Source: Octopus vulgaris (lineage: Eukaryota). From it: DNA of 64,000 nt. The stretch is from NCBI GenBank assembly GCA_951406725.2, contig OX597833.1, forward strand, positions 70,246,001 through 70,310,000, given 5' to 3'. Position 1 is the stretch's first letter. Each line of letters opens with the position of its first letter. The notes below the pieces were generated by a model. That model did no database searches and was not told the origin of the DNA. It saw only the letters and a program-made list of their open reading frames with translations. Both the position numbers and the translations under genes were made by a program. This document shows positions 1-45,712 of the stretch, in pieces.

Positions 1-83
1 AATCTCAGTCTTTTATGCGCTAGACCACTGGTGTTAAATTGGGGTTATTAAATTAATATTCAATTTTTTCACCCTCATTTTGA

Positions 84-142
<59 letters not shown>

Positions 143-337
143 ATAAGAGAAAAAATCAATAGAAAGGAACTCTATCTCACTCAAAATATCTTTTGATAAG
201 CATAACAAATGCACAACCGGTAAAAAGAACTTTCACCTAATTAAATACACTCTCCCTTACTTAAATTATTTTGTCAGCATTTTCTTCATTTCCTTTTTTA
301 TATATCACAACTCGTGTTCCACATCTCCTTTTTTAAA
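143..337 (+). repeat. ~200-bp microsatellite-embedded element, copy 1
   Basis: Nearly identical to 2939-3140. Confidence 0.85.
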
Positions 338-858
338 TATATATATATATATTCAATACGATATTCAACAAAAGGCACGGCCAATACGTGCAGGGACGGG
401 CACTGAGCGATTGATAGAGGGCAACTGACTCTCACCTGCTGATATTCTCCAACCATTGTTGCTGGTTTGCGTGTTTGTTACTCGAGACACCGTTCATCAC
501 ATCGAGATGTTTTATGTCCAAAAAGTTGTTCACAAACCGATTTTTTCATGAGAAGCCTTCTGAGAGCGACGCTCCACTCCATATACATACAATATATTTA
601 TTTAATTCTTTTTCTCTCTTACTCATTACAAAGATGTTGAAATTTCTAGTCGTAGGTAAATCACTAGTAGTACCATTTTATTCTTATTTGAAACCATCAG
701 CATTACATAACCAGAGGTAAAAAAAAGTTCATTAAACATTTTACGAAGTGAGGCATTTTTTATAGATGGAAATTAATTACAGGTAAAAAGACATTCAAGT
801 GTGTCTTTTTCTTTATTGTTTTTCGCTATTGATTCTAATAAATTTATCTTTTTTAAAG

Positions 859-3898
<3,040 letters not shown>

Positions 3899-4510
3899 AA
3901 TAGAACACACGGACGGACACAAATGCACACACACACACTCATGTATATATGTATGTACGTTTGTATATACACAAAGACACACACATGTATAAATACAGAT
4001 TGCGGGTTTACTATTATTTACATTTTTCTACATTTCTCGTCAATGGAGAAAGGGCGGGTTTCGAACTTAGATCCAAGGCTCCCTCATTGGATCTTCAGCA
4101 GCATCAACAGAGAAGTTATCCATGTTTGTATTTTTATACGCAAGTTTTTAGACTCAGTGCATCTACATACAGATCTGTATGCGTTTGTTTTATGTGTGTA
4201 TACTCATACATGTGGGCTGTCTTTCTAGATATGTGAAGTTGGGAAGTTTTACGTATTCTGACAGTTCTAGTGAGGGCTCGTATGTATGCATGTATGGACC
4301 CCCAGGCAGAAGATAAACTGTTTTTACTTCTAATTTTTATAAATGTTTACTGATATTTGATTAGATGAGATACATTGAAACCGGTAATATTTTTTTAAAT
4401 AAAATTTTAAAATCATTTTTATAAAATTCCCTTTTAAATTAAAGTGTCTTAGACTTACTTCTGTGCTACTTCCACCTCCACCTTTAATACAGAAATATTT
4501 TATAAATATA

Positions 4511-5016
4511 CTAGCAGTATCGCCCGGCGTTGCTCGGGTTTGTAAGGGAAATAACTATATAAGCATTTTTAGAGAGTTACTTCTCTTATAGATGCCGAAT
4601 TCGGGCTTTCTTAGCCATTTCTGTTTTGGTGTCTTCAAGCCATGAAGTCGTTGTTCTAAAAGAACGCTGGTCTCCTTGACAACGCTTTACGACGTTGATT
4701 TCTTTACACTCCCTTCCCCACAGCTTCACGAGGGAGGGAAGAAGGGGGAGAAGCAAACACAGGTGCAGGTGTGAGCGTGGACGCCAACTCGACACACGAA
4801 AAATTATGCATTAAAATGGAATAAAAAATGATGTTAAATTATTTTTAAAATCGTAGACTCATCGTAGACGCGCGCTAATAGCCAGACGGGCTCGATATGA
4901 ATCACGACTATAAGATACCCGAATTTGGTTAAACTGCACCGCAAAATGTGGGAGTAGTTAGGAATCTAAATCGAAGGGGACAGACACTCACACAACTACA
5001 GTTTTATATATATAGA
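4511..5016 (-). mobile_element. Non-autonomous Helitron
   Basis: On the minus strand: 5' TC start, 3' hairpin CCCGAGCAACGCCGGG followed 8 nt later by CTAG; inserted at A|T with no TSD. Confidence 0.8.
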
Positions 5017-5664
5017 TATCTTTTTCAATTCTCAGTTTGATGAGCAATACGAAACCGGTCCTTACCTCAATTATGCTGAAACAACAAAGCCTTATTTTGT
5101 ACAAAACTGTATAATATTCTTATCATGGCTCTAATATACTCTTAAATCCAGTAAAACAAAATTTTCTATGTTTTTTTCATCTTTTCTCTTTATATATATC
5201 AACCACGTGTGTTTCCCCACTGAAATATATATACATTCCATCTTAGCCACTACACACATTTTTTTCTCTCCTTGTTTTTTTTTTTTCTTTGTGCTCCTGT
5301 TTGTAGAAGAGCGTAGGCTCGAAACATAAAAGACTTTTTCAATTCCTGAGCGTTATACAAATACATTTGTTTGTTTTGTACACCACCTGTCTTCGTCTTT
5401 TGTATTTTTCTTTCGTGAACTCTCCATATATATATATATATGTGCGTGTGTGTGTGTGTGTGTGTGTATGTGTGCATATATGGGTACAGGACGTCACCAA
5501 CAGTAAACAACATGAAGTACGAAGACAAATGAGTTAAATACGCAAACAACGGGAGAAAAATGGAAAAATGGAAAACTGTATATATAACACACATTTACAT
5601 ATATTATTTATATTATTATTTAATTGAACGCCACGCATCCATTTCCCATAAAGTATAATATATT

Positions 5665-5791
<127 letters not shown>

Positions 5792-5851
5792 GTATACCAA
5801 TCTCTGGTCGAAACATATCTAAGTTTTATCTAAGTTTTATATATATATAAA

Positions 5852-6025
5852 GGCGGCGAGCTGGTAGAAACGTTAGCACGCCGGGTGAAATGCTTAGCGG
5901 TATTTCGTCTGCCGTTACGTCCTGAGTTCAAATTCCGCCGAGGTCGACTTTGCCTTTCATCATTCGGGGTCGATAAATTAAGTACCAGTTACGCACTGGG
6001 GTCGATGTAATCGACTTAATCCGTT
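5852..6025 (+). mobile_element. SINE family B (Nin/Deu-domain-like), truncated
   Basis: GGCGGCGAGCTGG head, GTTCAAATTCC B-box, GCCTTTCATC..GGGGTCGATAAATTAAGTACC core. Confidence 0.8.
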
Positions 6026-6104
6026 AACAGCGGTGGTGCCCCAGCATGGCTGCGGCCTTCGGGCCAAAACATTTTTAAGGATTTATATATATATATATAT
6101 ATGA

Positions 6105-6402
6105 GTTTGCACCTAGAGAGTTACCCTCTGAGGCACAAGTCTGGGCAAGGTTGTTTTATGGAAGACCAGCAGTCGCCCATGCATACCGGCCTCCCCTCTC
6201 CACGTCACCGATGTTGTCCAAGGGAAAGGCAAGGGCCGATACAGCTTGGCACCTGTGACGTCGCAACTCATTTCTACAGCTGAGTGAACTAGAGCAACGT
6301 GAAACATAAAGTGTCTTACTCAAGAACACAACACGCAGCCCGGTCCGGGATTCGAGCTCACAACCTCACGATCGTAAGCTCGACGCTCTAACCACTGAGC
6401 CA
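6105..6402 (-). mobile_element. tRNA-derived SINE
   Basis: Head GGCTCAGTGGTTAGAGCG...CTCGAATCCC; proximal body shared with 16570-16778 and 59340-59567. Confidence 0.7.
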
Positions 6403-6637
6403 TATATCAGATACTTTGTATATTTATAGATAAATATATAAATATACGATAAATAAGACCCCAAAGTACGATATGTAGATGCATATAATACTGAAGGGTT
6501 ACACCTGATTGATTTGGAAATTTGTTTTCCCAAATTCTATATATTAATCATATATATATGTATGTGTGTGTGTGTATGTATGTATCTGTATATATGTACG
6601 TACGTACGTACATATGTATGTGCATACACACACACAT

Positions 6638-6681
<44 letters not shown>

Positions 6682-6819
6682 CGATTTGGTATTTGGTTTG
6701 CAAGATTCTTTATGTGAGTTCGTGTGTTGAAGCTTATTCTGTTGTGTCTGGGGAGAGTCATTTTTTTTTGTGCCTTATAATGTAACACACTCACCGGTAA
6801 ATTTTTTTTTTTTTTTTTG

Positions 6820-7455
6820 GTGGGCGGATGGCACGGTGGTCAAGTCTTGGCTGGATTTTAAAATTGATATCAACATCATTTGTGCAATATTGATGGAATA
6901 TTTTCCACATCACACAGATGATGTAGCGCTCCCGGCGGCATTGGAGAGAGTGAAGATTGAGTTTTTTAGTCGACCCCAATAATCAATGCCTCTCATACCG
7001 TCTGTCTTTCTTGTTATGGACCTCTGGAGTGCTTCTACTTTCATAATGAGTTGATTCGTATAGGTGGAAAGACCACAATGGGCAACAGTACAAGGTGGGT
7101 TCGGGCAAAAGTAGAGCAGAGGAAGATGATGACGTAGGCATCTCTAGACCGGAAAGTTCTCAGAATCCAGGAGCACCTCTTGCGGGCCAAGTCAACCTTG
7201 CTGTTTATGTGGGAACTTCAGCTTAGGTTATCAACAATTGCTCCAAAGTCTCTAGTGTTGTTGGATGACACTACGGAGCCGCCCGAGGGAAGAGAATATG
7301 GGAGTTTCAGAGTTACCGCTTTCCCATTGAAAAGCATATTCGTTTTTTTTTCCGCCCATTGGACAAATAGCAAACAGGTCTATGGCTTTCTGGAGTTTGG
7401 AATCAGCTGCAAAGAGTTTTCAATGCAGAATGAAACGACATCTATGTCGTTGATG
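6820..7455 (-). mobile_element. Decayed CR1-like LINE, C-terminal part of the RT ORF
   Basis: RDFGAIVD...WILRTFRSRD...YCCPLWS...LQRSITRK...DYWGRL..LNLHSLQCRRERYII.WKI, with frameshifts. Confidence 0.8.
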
Positions 7456-7481
7456 TAAGAAATGAAGATGCATATACATAG

Positions 7482-7885
7482 TTATGCACACACATACATA
7501 CATACATGCGTGCATACATACGTACATACATACATACATGTATACATACATACATACATATATGCATGCATGCATACATACATACATACATACAAACATA
7601 CATACATACATACATGCATACATACATACATACATACAAACATACATACATACATACATACATACATACATACATACATACATAAATACATACATACATA
7701 CATACAAACATACATGCATACATGCATGCATGCATGCATACATACATACATACATACATACATACATACATACATACATACATGTATACATACATACATG
7801 CATGCATGCATACATACATATATACATATATGCACATACATACATACATGCATGCATACATACATATGCACATACATGCATATAT
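7482..7885. repeat. (CATA)n microsatellite
   Basis: Direct inspection. Confidence 0.95.
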
Positions 7886-8557
7886 AAATAATATAATATA
7901 TTATATATATTATCTTCGAGTCTAACGTTTTGACTGTGGGGATTTACTGGTATAAATGCTAAACTGATGTCGCTAGCGTGAAGATTGGCCATGTGGAACA
8001 CTCGCCTATCAGCCTTTATCTGTTTACGTGTTTTATGTTCTTGTACCCGCCCCCTTTCTGTCTTTCTTACTTTCCTTCTTTCTCTCTCTCTCTCTCTTTC
8101 CTTTCTTGTCTGTCTCTCAAAAACCTTTATGTACAAGCGCACGAACACACACACATACACACACACACAATTGTCTCCTGGTTCATATAGACATAAAGAC
8201 ATAAATATGCCGATTCACACAAAAATGCAAAGCGTACAGGCACACACACAGACACACATACATACACACGTACATACATACACACGCACACACACATACA
8301 TACATACACACGCACACACACATACGCACACATGCACGCAAACACACAGCGACCCTTAACAAATTCTAATTTATACATACATTCATAAATAAGTACATAA
8401 AATATATGTAATTATATACATTCTAGTATACCCGTGTTGTCAAAACTGACGAAAGTTTCGCCCATGATAGAATGTAACGCATCCATTCTAGGCAATGGAT
8501 GAAACCGTAGATAAATGCCTTACCCAAAGTCTTTGCAGTTTATATTTAACAAAATAA

Positions 8558-8604
8558 TAGCAACAACAACAACAATAATAATAATAATAATAATAGTAAT
8601 AGTA

Positions 8605-8658
<54 letters not shown>

Positions 8659-8661
8659 GTA

Positions 8662-8722
<61 letters not shown>
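8558..8722. repeat. (TAA)n microsatellite
   Basis: Direct inspection. Confidence 0.95.
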
Positions 8723-8723
<1 letters not shown>

Positions 8724-8918
8724 GTCCTCGTCATGTAGCGGTTCAGCCAAAGCGACCGATAGAATAAGTACCTGATCTAAAAAAAAAGTACAAGAGTAGA
8801 GTCATTCGACTAAATATTCTTCAACGTTGTGCTCCAGTATGGCCGCAGTCTAATAACTGAATCAAGTAAAAGGTAGAAAAGTTAAAGACGCAAAAACCTC
8901 TGCTCCATTTACGAACTG

Positions 8919-8955
<37 letters not shown>

Positions 8956-9516
8956 ATTATTATTATCATCATCATCGTCATCATTATTATTATTTTTACC
9001 ACTTGCTTTCACTTCACTACCGAGCGCAGCTCTACGTGCCTTGGGTATGTGCTGTTTTTTTGTTTGTTTGTTTTTTGTGGTGCTCTTATTTTTACAGTAT
9101 TGAAAGTGTTTTACATGGGATGTGTGTGGTGCCTAGTAGTGCTATTTTCTCTGCTCGTTATCTGTGTCTGACTCCCCTCCCCATCAATCAAAATCAAAAT
9201 GTAACATGTTTTATCCCTAATTTTGTTTTGTTTTGTTTTTTTCTTTTGAATTAAAATGAAATTTAAATAAAATAAATTTCTCGCAAAATTCACGTCGAAA
9301 ATTTCAGTTTTATTTCGATCAGCTATTTGCAGAACCTCTCACTTCAACTCACTCAAATTATAACTTTCTCATTTCCACCCGCTTATATTTAACGTCTCAC
9401 TTCGTCTCCTTCTTTTGTCGTTTTAATTTTCCTCTACCAACGTGACTGCAAACAAAGCCATTGTAAATTGTTATATGTAATATACAACTGCGTAATCGCA
9501 CACACACACACACATC

Positions 9517-9566
<50 letters not shown>

Positions 9567-9834
9567 AATTGCTGAACAGGTTGATACAAACACGATTAGT
9601 TACACTCGCCTACGCTTATACATTTACATACAAGAAGACACAAACACAGTCAAACATGCATGCAATCAACGTCACTCAAAATCAAGATTATATACCTTCT
9701 CATATTTCATATGTCAATCAAAATTAAACAACACTCACGATCATGGGTTCGATTCCCGAGCCTGATGTCGTGTTGTTGTGTTCGTGAGCAAAACACATAA
9801 TTCCACATTGTTCTAGTGCTGTGTGGGAGCCAGC

Positions 9835-10195
9835 ATGTCAAATAATAGACCCAATATTTCCTCTGTGTATCGTAAAAGGTGACTAAAGGAATTGTTTCTC
9901 TTTTTAGTCTCTACATTCGAGTTACTTCTATTTCCGAATCTTTGTATTTTGAAAGGTTTCCCGTTTCTTTTAGAGAAACATTGGTATCTGTTGGTATTGA
10001 TGCCTTAATTAGAAATAATATTTTTTTCTTGGTGATCTCTGACAACTATATCTGGCCTATTAGCCTTAATTTCTCTATCTGTGTGTATCGGCATACCCCA
10101 GAGTATGGTTGCTTTCTCGTTTTCTGTGACCTTTTCTGGCGTGTGTCCATGCCATCTTTTTCTGTTGTTATTCCATAATGTTGGCATAGCTTCCA
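9835..10195 (-). mobile_element. Decayed non-LTR retrotransposon, restriction-like endonuclease domain (R4/NeSL/HERO-type)
   Basis: WKLCQHYG...HTPEKVTENEKATILW.MPIHTDREIKANRPDIVV...SIPTDTNVSLKE...KYKD.EIEVTRM. Confidence 0.8.
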
Positions 10196-10228
<33 letters not shown>

Positions 10229-11200
10229 GAGTGAGAGAGCAGTGCATGCCATCAAAGTGACACTGGGGTAAAATATACGAAGCCCAGTATACCCATCATG
10301 ACTACCCGTCTGTATTGCCGGTATTGATCTAAGTGGGGCAAAATGTCTCACGATGCATCTAAACAATTTGAGTTGAATCTTATTGTCACTTTTGTCCAAT
10401 CCCAGGTAAAATCAAAATCAACAGTGTACCTACCCGTAGTGACTTCATAGCAAAACCCATACCTGGACTCTAATTACATCCGCACGTCCATTGCAAATAG
10501 ATGCAGCCTCCGTTTTTAATCCTTGAATGACCATCATTATTACCACCATTATCATAAAAGGTTTTACGTCACTGAAACCCCACTTCCCGCCAAGAAACCC
10601 TAAATTAGAACTCTTTATTTATTTATTTTTTTTAGTCTAAAGGCGGTGCTCCAGCATGGCCGCAGTCAAATGACTGAAACAAGTAAAAGAGAGTCGTATC
10701 ATAGAGATGAAAAACTTGTATTTTCATTAGCGTTACTTTGCGAGCCTGCAAGAAGCCGCTTCATTAATGCTTCTTAAAGCGGATGGTACCATTCCTCTGG
10801 AAAATGATTGAAAATATTTATGTGGAAACCGAAGACAAAGACGGCAGCAATTAAAGAAATAAATAGAAAACAATTTTCTTGAAGAAAAAAAATTAAGAAA
10901 CTCAGTCGATTTGAATATATTTTCTGTAAGTTTATTGCAAAAATAAAAAGCATCACACACACTCACATACACACAAACACACATACACACACACACTCTT
11001 GTACACATTTACCTGTCAAATAATATTTATTCAAAACAATAGTCCAACATGGTGACTGTTCTCACTTCGCATTCCTTATACTCCCTCACAAATTCCTTAA
11101 ATATATTTGCCTTTTGATAAAATATTTTGTCTTGGCCTAGATTTCCCTCTGACTTTTGACTTGCCTACACTGTGTGTGTGTGTGGATGTGTCCGTATTTA

Positions 11201-11244
<44 letters not shown>

Positions 11245-11325
11245 CGTCCGTTTTCCCGTCCATTGTTAGAAATGCTAGAGAGAATTTATCTTTGTTCTTT
11301 TATCATAAGATATTTCTTTATTTAT

Positions 11326-11546
11326 TACCCATAATGGGCTAAACATAGAGGAGACAAACAAGAACAGACAAACGGATTAAGTCGATTATATCGACCCCAG
11401 TGCGTAACTGGTACTTATTTAATCGACCCCGGAAGGATGAAAGGCAAAGTCGACCTCGGCGGAATTTGAACTCAGAACGTAGTGGCAGACGAAATACCGC
11501 TAAGCATTTCGCCCGGCATGCTAACGTGTCTGCCAGCTCGCCGCCT
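11326..11546 (-). mobile_element. SINE family B, full length
   Basis: Reverse complement of the family B consensus (compare 33971-34203). Confidence 0.85.
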
Positions 11547-12760
11547 TATTTATAAGGTGATATTAATAAAGAGAAAGAGTCGGTAGAGCAACCGTATTAA
11601 ACTATTTAGAATATTTACAGGCATCCCCCCCACACACACACAAGACATACAGGTATAGCTAAGCTGTTGGAAAGTTCGTTTCATGATTGAATGGTTACAG
11701 AATCAACTCCACTACGCGACACTTTGGCCATGTGTGTCTCCTTCAAGAAGCTCCTGTTCACCAAAGACTTAGCAGTGACATATAGTAAGATGAACCCTTA
11801 GGGAAACCCACAAGAAGGGGGGTTGTTCCTCTACTTGTGGGCGTGTCGACTTCATCCACCTTTAATCTACCACCACCGCCGCCGCCGACGCCAACACCTG
11901 GCTACTGGCTATCTTAGCCGAATCCTTTCGAACCAGTGCTCCAGTTTTATGACAATTATTCCCAACAAATCTTAGAAGTCCCAGGGGGGAAAAAAACAAT
12001 TATTCATACCGACGTTTCTCGAATAAGTCACGCACACAAAAAAAAATATATATATATAAATTCTAAGATCAGATTCGATGAGGAATCAAAATTGCCTTTC
12101 ATTAAATCGGGTTTGTTAAAATATATCAATATGCTAAGATCAATCGATTACATACCAAAAAGAGGAAACAAACAGTTTCCAGGTCAACTTTTCTAGGAAT
12201 TCGTCAAGTTCCGTTTCAACAGAGTTTCGCCATTTGTCAAGGTTCTTCCGGCCTATTTGTGAAGTCCAGCACCTTGAGATCAAACCACACAAATTCTAAC
12301 AACCCAAGACTTCTTTTAGCCTTTTCCTGCTCAAACACTTTTCATTTTTATATCGCTCTCTGCTGCTTTATTCCCGCTACTGGCCTACGGTGGCTGATGG
12401 TTACTACTAAAGACGCGGGTTGCCTTGCAAGTGAAGTGTGATAAACAGAAACGGGGAGAAGCCTTAGTGTGAGCGTGCATGTGTGTATGAGAGAGAGAGT
12501 GTGTGTGTGTGTGTGTGTGTGCGTGCGCGCATGCATATATATATATGTATGTAAATGGGGGTGCATATATATATATATATGTGTGTGTGTATGTGTGTGT
12601 GTGTGTTCGTTCGCCTGTGTATATGTATGTACATGTATATCTGCGTATATATACTTTATATATATATCCACATTATGTGTGTGCGCGCACGCGTATATAT
12701 GTGTGTGTGTATGTATGTACATGTATATCTGTGTATATATACATATATGTGTGCGCACGC

Positions 12761-12807
<47 letters not shown>

Positions 12808-13424
12808 TGCATATATATATATGTGTGTGTGTATGTGTGTGTGTATGTGTGCGTACGCCTGTGTGTATGTTTGTACATGTATATCTGTGTATATATACAT
12901 ATTGTGTATGTTGTGTGTGTATGTGTGTTTGTGTGTTTGCGTGTGTAGTCCTTTTGTCATGAACACGTTAATCGTAAACAGAAGTCACCTTCGCACAGAC
13001 GGTGTCATTTGTTTACAATCCTCCGCGACACCATGACCAGCTTTTGAGTTGTCCTAAGGAGGAAAGGAACTATTCCTTTAGTTGTAAACAGGTGAATATT
13101 GACCACAGGACTGGCATGGGGTCTCCGTCCAAAACAGTCTTCTCGTCTGAACACCTCGGCTAATACTTTTCAGCCCCATTTTCCACGTACATGATTACAG
13201 CTCTAGCGGAGAGAGGAGAGGAGATGCTGGCCTCCCTTCGTTCCAACCTACACAAATCATTCCCCCATTTAGCGCCTTATCTATCTCCCATATCGTTCAA
13301 CACTTTGCAAACAAACATCAGACAATCCTCCATTCATTCGTTAACTGAAATCCTTTGTTGCTCAGAAGCAACTGAGAATTCCTCACTCCGTTCTTACTGG
13401 CTACTAGATTTTGACATCATACAA

Positions 13425-13481
<57 letters not shown>

Positions 13482-13830
13482 GAATGATTTAAAATGTTGG
13501 CACAAGGCCACCAGTTTCGAAGGAGGGGGTAAGTTGACCCCCAGTGCTCAAACACAATAACGACTTTATAGAAAACTGACTTCTCTTAGACTCTGTGACA
13601 TCAATTACATTTTTTTCTTCAAGACATTTTAGAAATAGTAATCAGATCTTCCTTAAAATTATTATCCAATGCTTCCTCTTAAACAAAGTTATTAAGTGAT
13701 GTAGTTGTTGGTAAACGATGCTTGAAAAACGACGAGACGGCCACGGTTGTCACGTCTTGCTTGTATCTCATGACCGAGAAGGGAGTTAAACGTCTTTTGT
13801 TTTTTTCGTGAACTCTCCCCACCTATATAT

Positions 13831-13937
<107 letters not shown>

Positions 13938-14056
13938 GAAGCTATGAGACGTGAATATATTTAACCACTTGATACGCTCGCTTCGGATAACAGCCGTTTC
14001 GTGATTACTACACGATTCTCTGAATCCACATCTTAAACTATGTATGTATGTATGTA

Positions 14057-14089
<33 letters not shown>

Positions 14090-15155
14090 CTACGTATGTA
14101 TGTATGTATGTATGTATGTATGTATGTATGTATGTATGTATGTATGTATGTATGTATCTACGTTTGTATGCATGCATGTATTGTGATTGCATCGTGCAAG
14201 ACGTAGCCATCCAGAAACACACAAGGACGACCATCTTCACTTAAATATTTGTAAAAGGGTGTCAAAATGTTCGTTTGCTCGAAACAGCAAAATATTTCAT
14301 CAGTGATTCGGTTGCGGTTTCGAGCAACGAACATTCGTCTTCCACGCTGCAATCGTTTTAGTTTTAGCACACGATCTCAAATCAAAAAAAATTCCTCTGA
14401 AGTACACTGGTAATATAGTTAGCAATTATTTTATCAACCACAAGCGATGGATAAAGGTTGTCCCAAACAGAATTGCTTGATTCAAATTGTTGTCGAGATA
14501 CAAAGTCCAAACGGAATACAGTAACGCATTTAGTTTGGCGCTCTTCAATTTCTACAGAATCACTTCTGACGAGGTTTGATATTCTTTGGGGCTCAAGTTG
14601 GATATTAGCAGCATACTTGGCCAAAACTGTTGTGTGGTTGCGACTTTACGCTCACACGATAGACACACACACATTCACACATGTATATATCTACAAACAT
14701 ACATGGGCACCATAAAACCTATATACACACAAACACAAACATATATCACACATGCATATACATATGTTATACATATATATATATATATATATATACACAT
14801 ACATACGGACATACACACACATATATACACGCACACATAAACACACACATACAAACATACATCCACCCACCCATATACACATATATTATATATATACGTG
14901 TGTGTGTGTGTATAGAGTGTTGACAGTGATATCGATGTTTCGGCCAGCTAAACCATCATCGAGTCTGAGAATGATATAGATGGCCGAAACTATGTGTGTG
15001 TATACATGCATATACGTATACATACATAATACATATATATATATATATACATACACACATATATGTATGCATGTATGTATGTATTAATTTGTATGTATGT
15101 ATGTATGTATGTATGTATGTATGTATGTGTGTATGTGTATGGTATATGCTGTATT

Positions 15156-43190
<28,035 letters not shown>

Positions 43191-43472
43191 CTCTGCAAAG
43201 AAAGAGAAAAAGAGGAGCAGTGAATTAGTTTTATGTCTCAAATAACAGAACGAAAATCCATGTATAGTGGTGGGCATGGTTGCATGATTTAAAAACATGC
43301 TTCACAACCACGTGGTTTCAGGTTCAGGCTCACTAGGGGGCATCTTAGGCAGATGACTTCTCTTATAATCCCAAGTTCACCAATGTCTTTTGAGTGAGTT
43401 TGATAGACAAACTGTGGCGGGGTCAAACACCGTCATACACACACACACACACATATATGTATATATATATAT

Positions 43473-43703
43473 ATTTCTTTACTACCCACAAGGGGCTAAA
43501 CACAGAGGGGATAAACAAGGACAGACAAACGGATTAAGTCGATTACATCGACCCCAGTTCGTAACTGGTACTTAATTTATCGACCCCGAAAGGATGAAAG
43601 GCAAAGTCGACCTCGGCGGAATTTGAACTCAGAACGTAACGGCAGACGAAATACGGCTACGCATTTCGCCCGGCGTGCTAACGTTTCTGCTAGCTCGCCG
43701 CCT
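43473..43703 (-). mobile_element. SINE family B, full length
   Basis: Family B consensus, reverse complement. Confidence 0.88.
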
Positions 43704-43704
43704 T

Positions 43705-43750
<46 letters not shown>

Positions 43751-44565
43751 TGTATGTATGTATGTATACATGCGTTGGGCTTCTTTCAGTTTCCGTCTAC
43801 CAAATTCACTCACAATGCTTTTGGTCGGCTCGAGGCTATAGTAGAAGACTCCAGACCAAGGTGCCACGCAATGGGACCGAACCTGGAACCATCTAGTTAA
43901 AACCTTAACAAGATCTGATAACGGTGATAATATTTTCAATGGTAGTCATGTGGTACAACTAGAATCCATTAATCAAAAGTGTTAAGTAGGTGCTAATGAC
44001 TGTCCGTTTACCAAAGTATTTTAAGTGCTTCGTTCACGTAACTCATTCGTTAACATAATTCTGCGGGGGTGGGGGTTGTGGTGTGGGGCGAGGGTGCAAT
44101 TAATTTCGAAAATAATGAAGAATACAGTAAGAATACAGTTTGATGTTATCATGCTGATGTTTGGAACGTAAATGAACATGAGATTGTAATGGACAGATTT
44201 AATTTTAGATCACTTTAAAAAAGGAAGTTTGTATCACAGAACCATAGTAACAAGAGCGGTCTCATGCAGTGAGATGTCAAAAGGTGCACGCCTCTTAGCC
44301 TGCTATTATCTGAGTCTGCATCAAGTCAATTAATCAGGGTCAATTGCAGGCAGTTCAGTTCGTGTAAATATACAGAATGTAATATATTTGGAAACATGGT
44401 GGGTTGGGCCAACACTGGTCATTCGATCATGATTTGATAACCTCAAAAAAGTCATAAGAAAAATAAACATATATATATATATACATGTGTATATATATAT
44501 ATATTTATAAATATATATAAAATTTATATATATATGTGTGTGTATATATACATACATACATATAC

Positions 44566-44616
<51 letters not shown>

Positions 44617-44706
44617 AAAAAAAAATACAAACTGTGACAAGAACGCATAACACTTAGAAGACGATACATATATATATATATATATACATATACAAACATA
44701 CATACA

Positions 44707-44752
<46 letters not shown>

Positions 44753-44899
44753 TTACTCGTTTCAGTCATTTGACTGCGGCCATGCTGAGGCACTGCCTTA
44801 AAGGGGTTTTAGTCGAAGAAATCAACCCCAGGACTTTTAGTAAAGGCGGTGTTCTAGCATGGCCGCAGTCAAATGACTGAAACAAATAAAGAATAAAAG

Positions 44900-44934
<35 letters not shown>

Positions 44935-45423
44935 CGTAATGTGTGTATATATATACACACATGCATACGCACGCACACACATATGCACACACATACATAC
45001 AAAAACATTTATATACACATAATTAATTATATATGTACGAAAGTACAATACGCATTCTTTAAAAATACAAGAAGATTACTATTTAAGTTGGCCAACTTCA
45101 AAACTGTTGTCAAGTTTTAATTTATGACTGTCAAAACTAAGACAAACAGTAAGGAAACACATAAGAAGATGGGGTGACTCAGTAAAGAAGCACCCCCCCC
45201 CCCCGCTTCTACCGAATACTGGAAGTCAAGTATTTGTTTCTAGGATCTGACGAGTTAAAAACTAACAAAGAAATTGTTGTAAAGCACGTGCTTAAACAAT
45301 CTGAGTTTATTATCAACGATATTATTATGGAAGTATATAGGTCAAAGTTTTGTGAAGAAGACAGAATACAAAAATCTCTTACTGCTTTTGATACCATCCC
45401 ACCTGAGGCTTCTCTAGTTCAGA

Positions 45424-45712
45424 CCAAAATATACAGCTAAAACTATCTCTAGTTCTAGGAAACATACCGTAAAATTCTGGTACATATGTTGAATTTCTCA
45501 GGCCAAAATATACAGCTAAAAAAGGTAGGCCCCACCTAAAACTATCTCTAGTTCTAGGAAACACCGTATTTTCTGGTACACACGTTGAATTTGTCAGGCC
45601 AAAATATACAGCTAAAAAAGGTAGGGCCCCACCTAAAACTATCTCTAGTTCTAGGAAACACCGTATTTTCTGGTACATAGGTTGAATTTGTCAGACCAAA
45701 ATATACAGCTTA
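45424..45712. repeat. Tandem repeat, ~96-bp unit, ~3 copies
   Basis: CCAAAATATACAGCT at 45424, 45503, 45599 and 45696. Confidence 0.85.

Noticed and set aside
45234-45410. hAT transposase C-terminal relic (...LTAFDTIPP)
   Set aside because: Weak resemblance only
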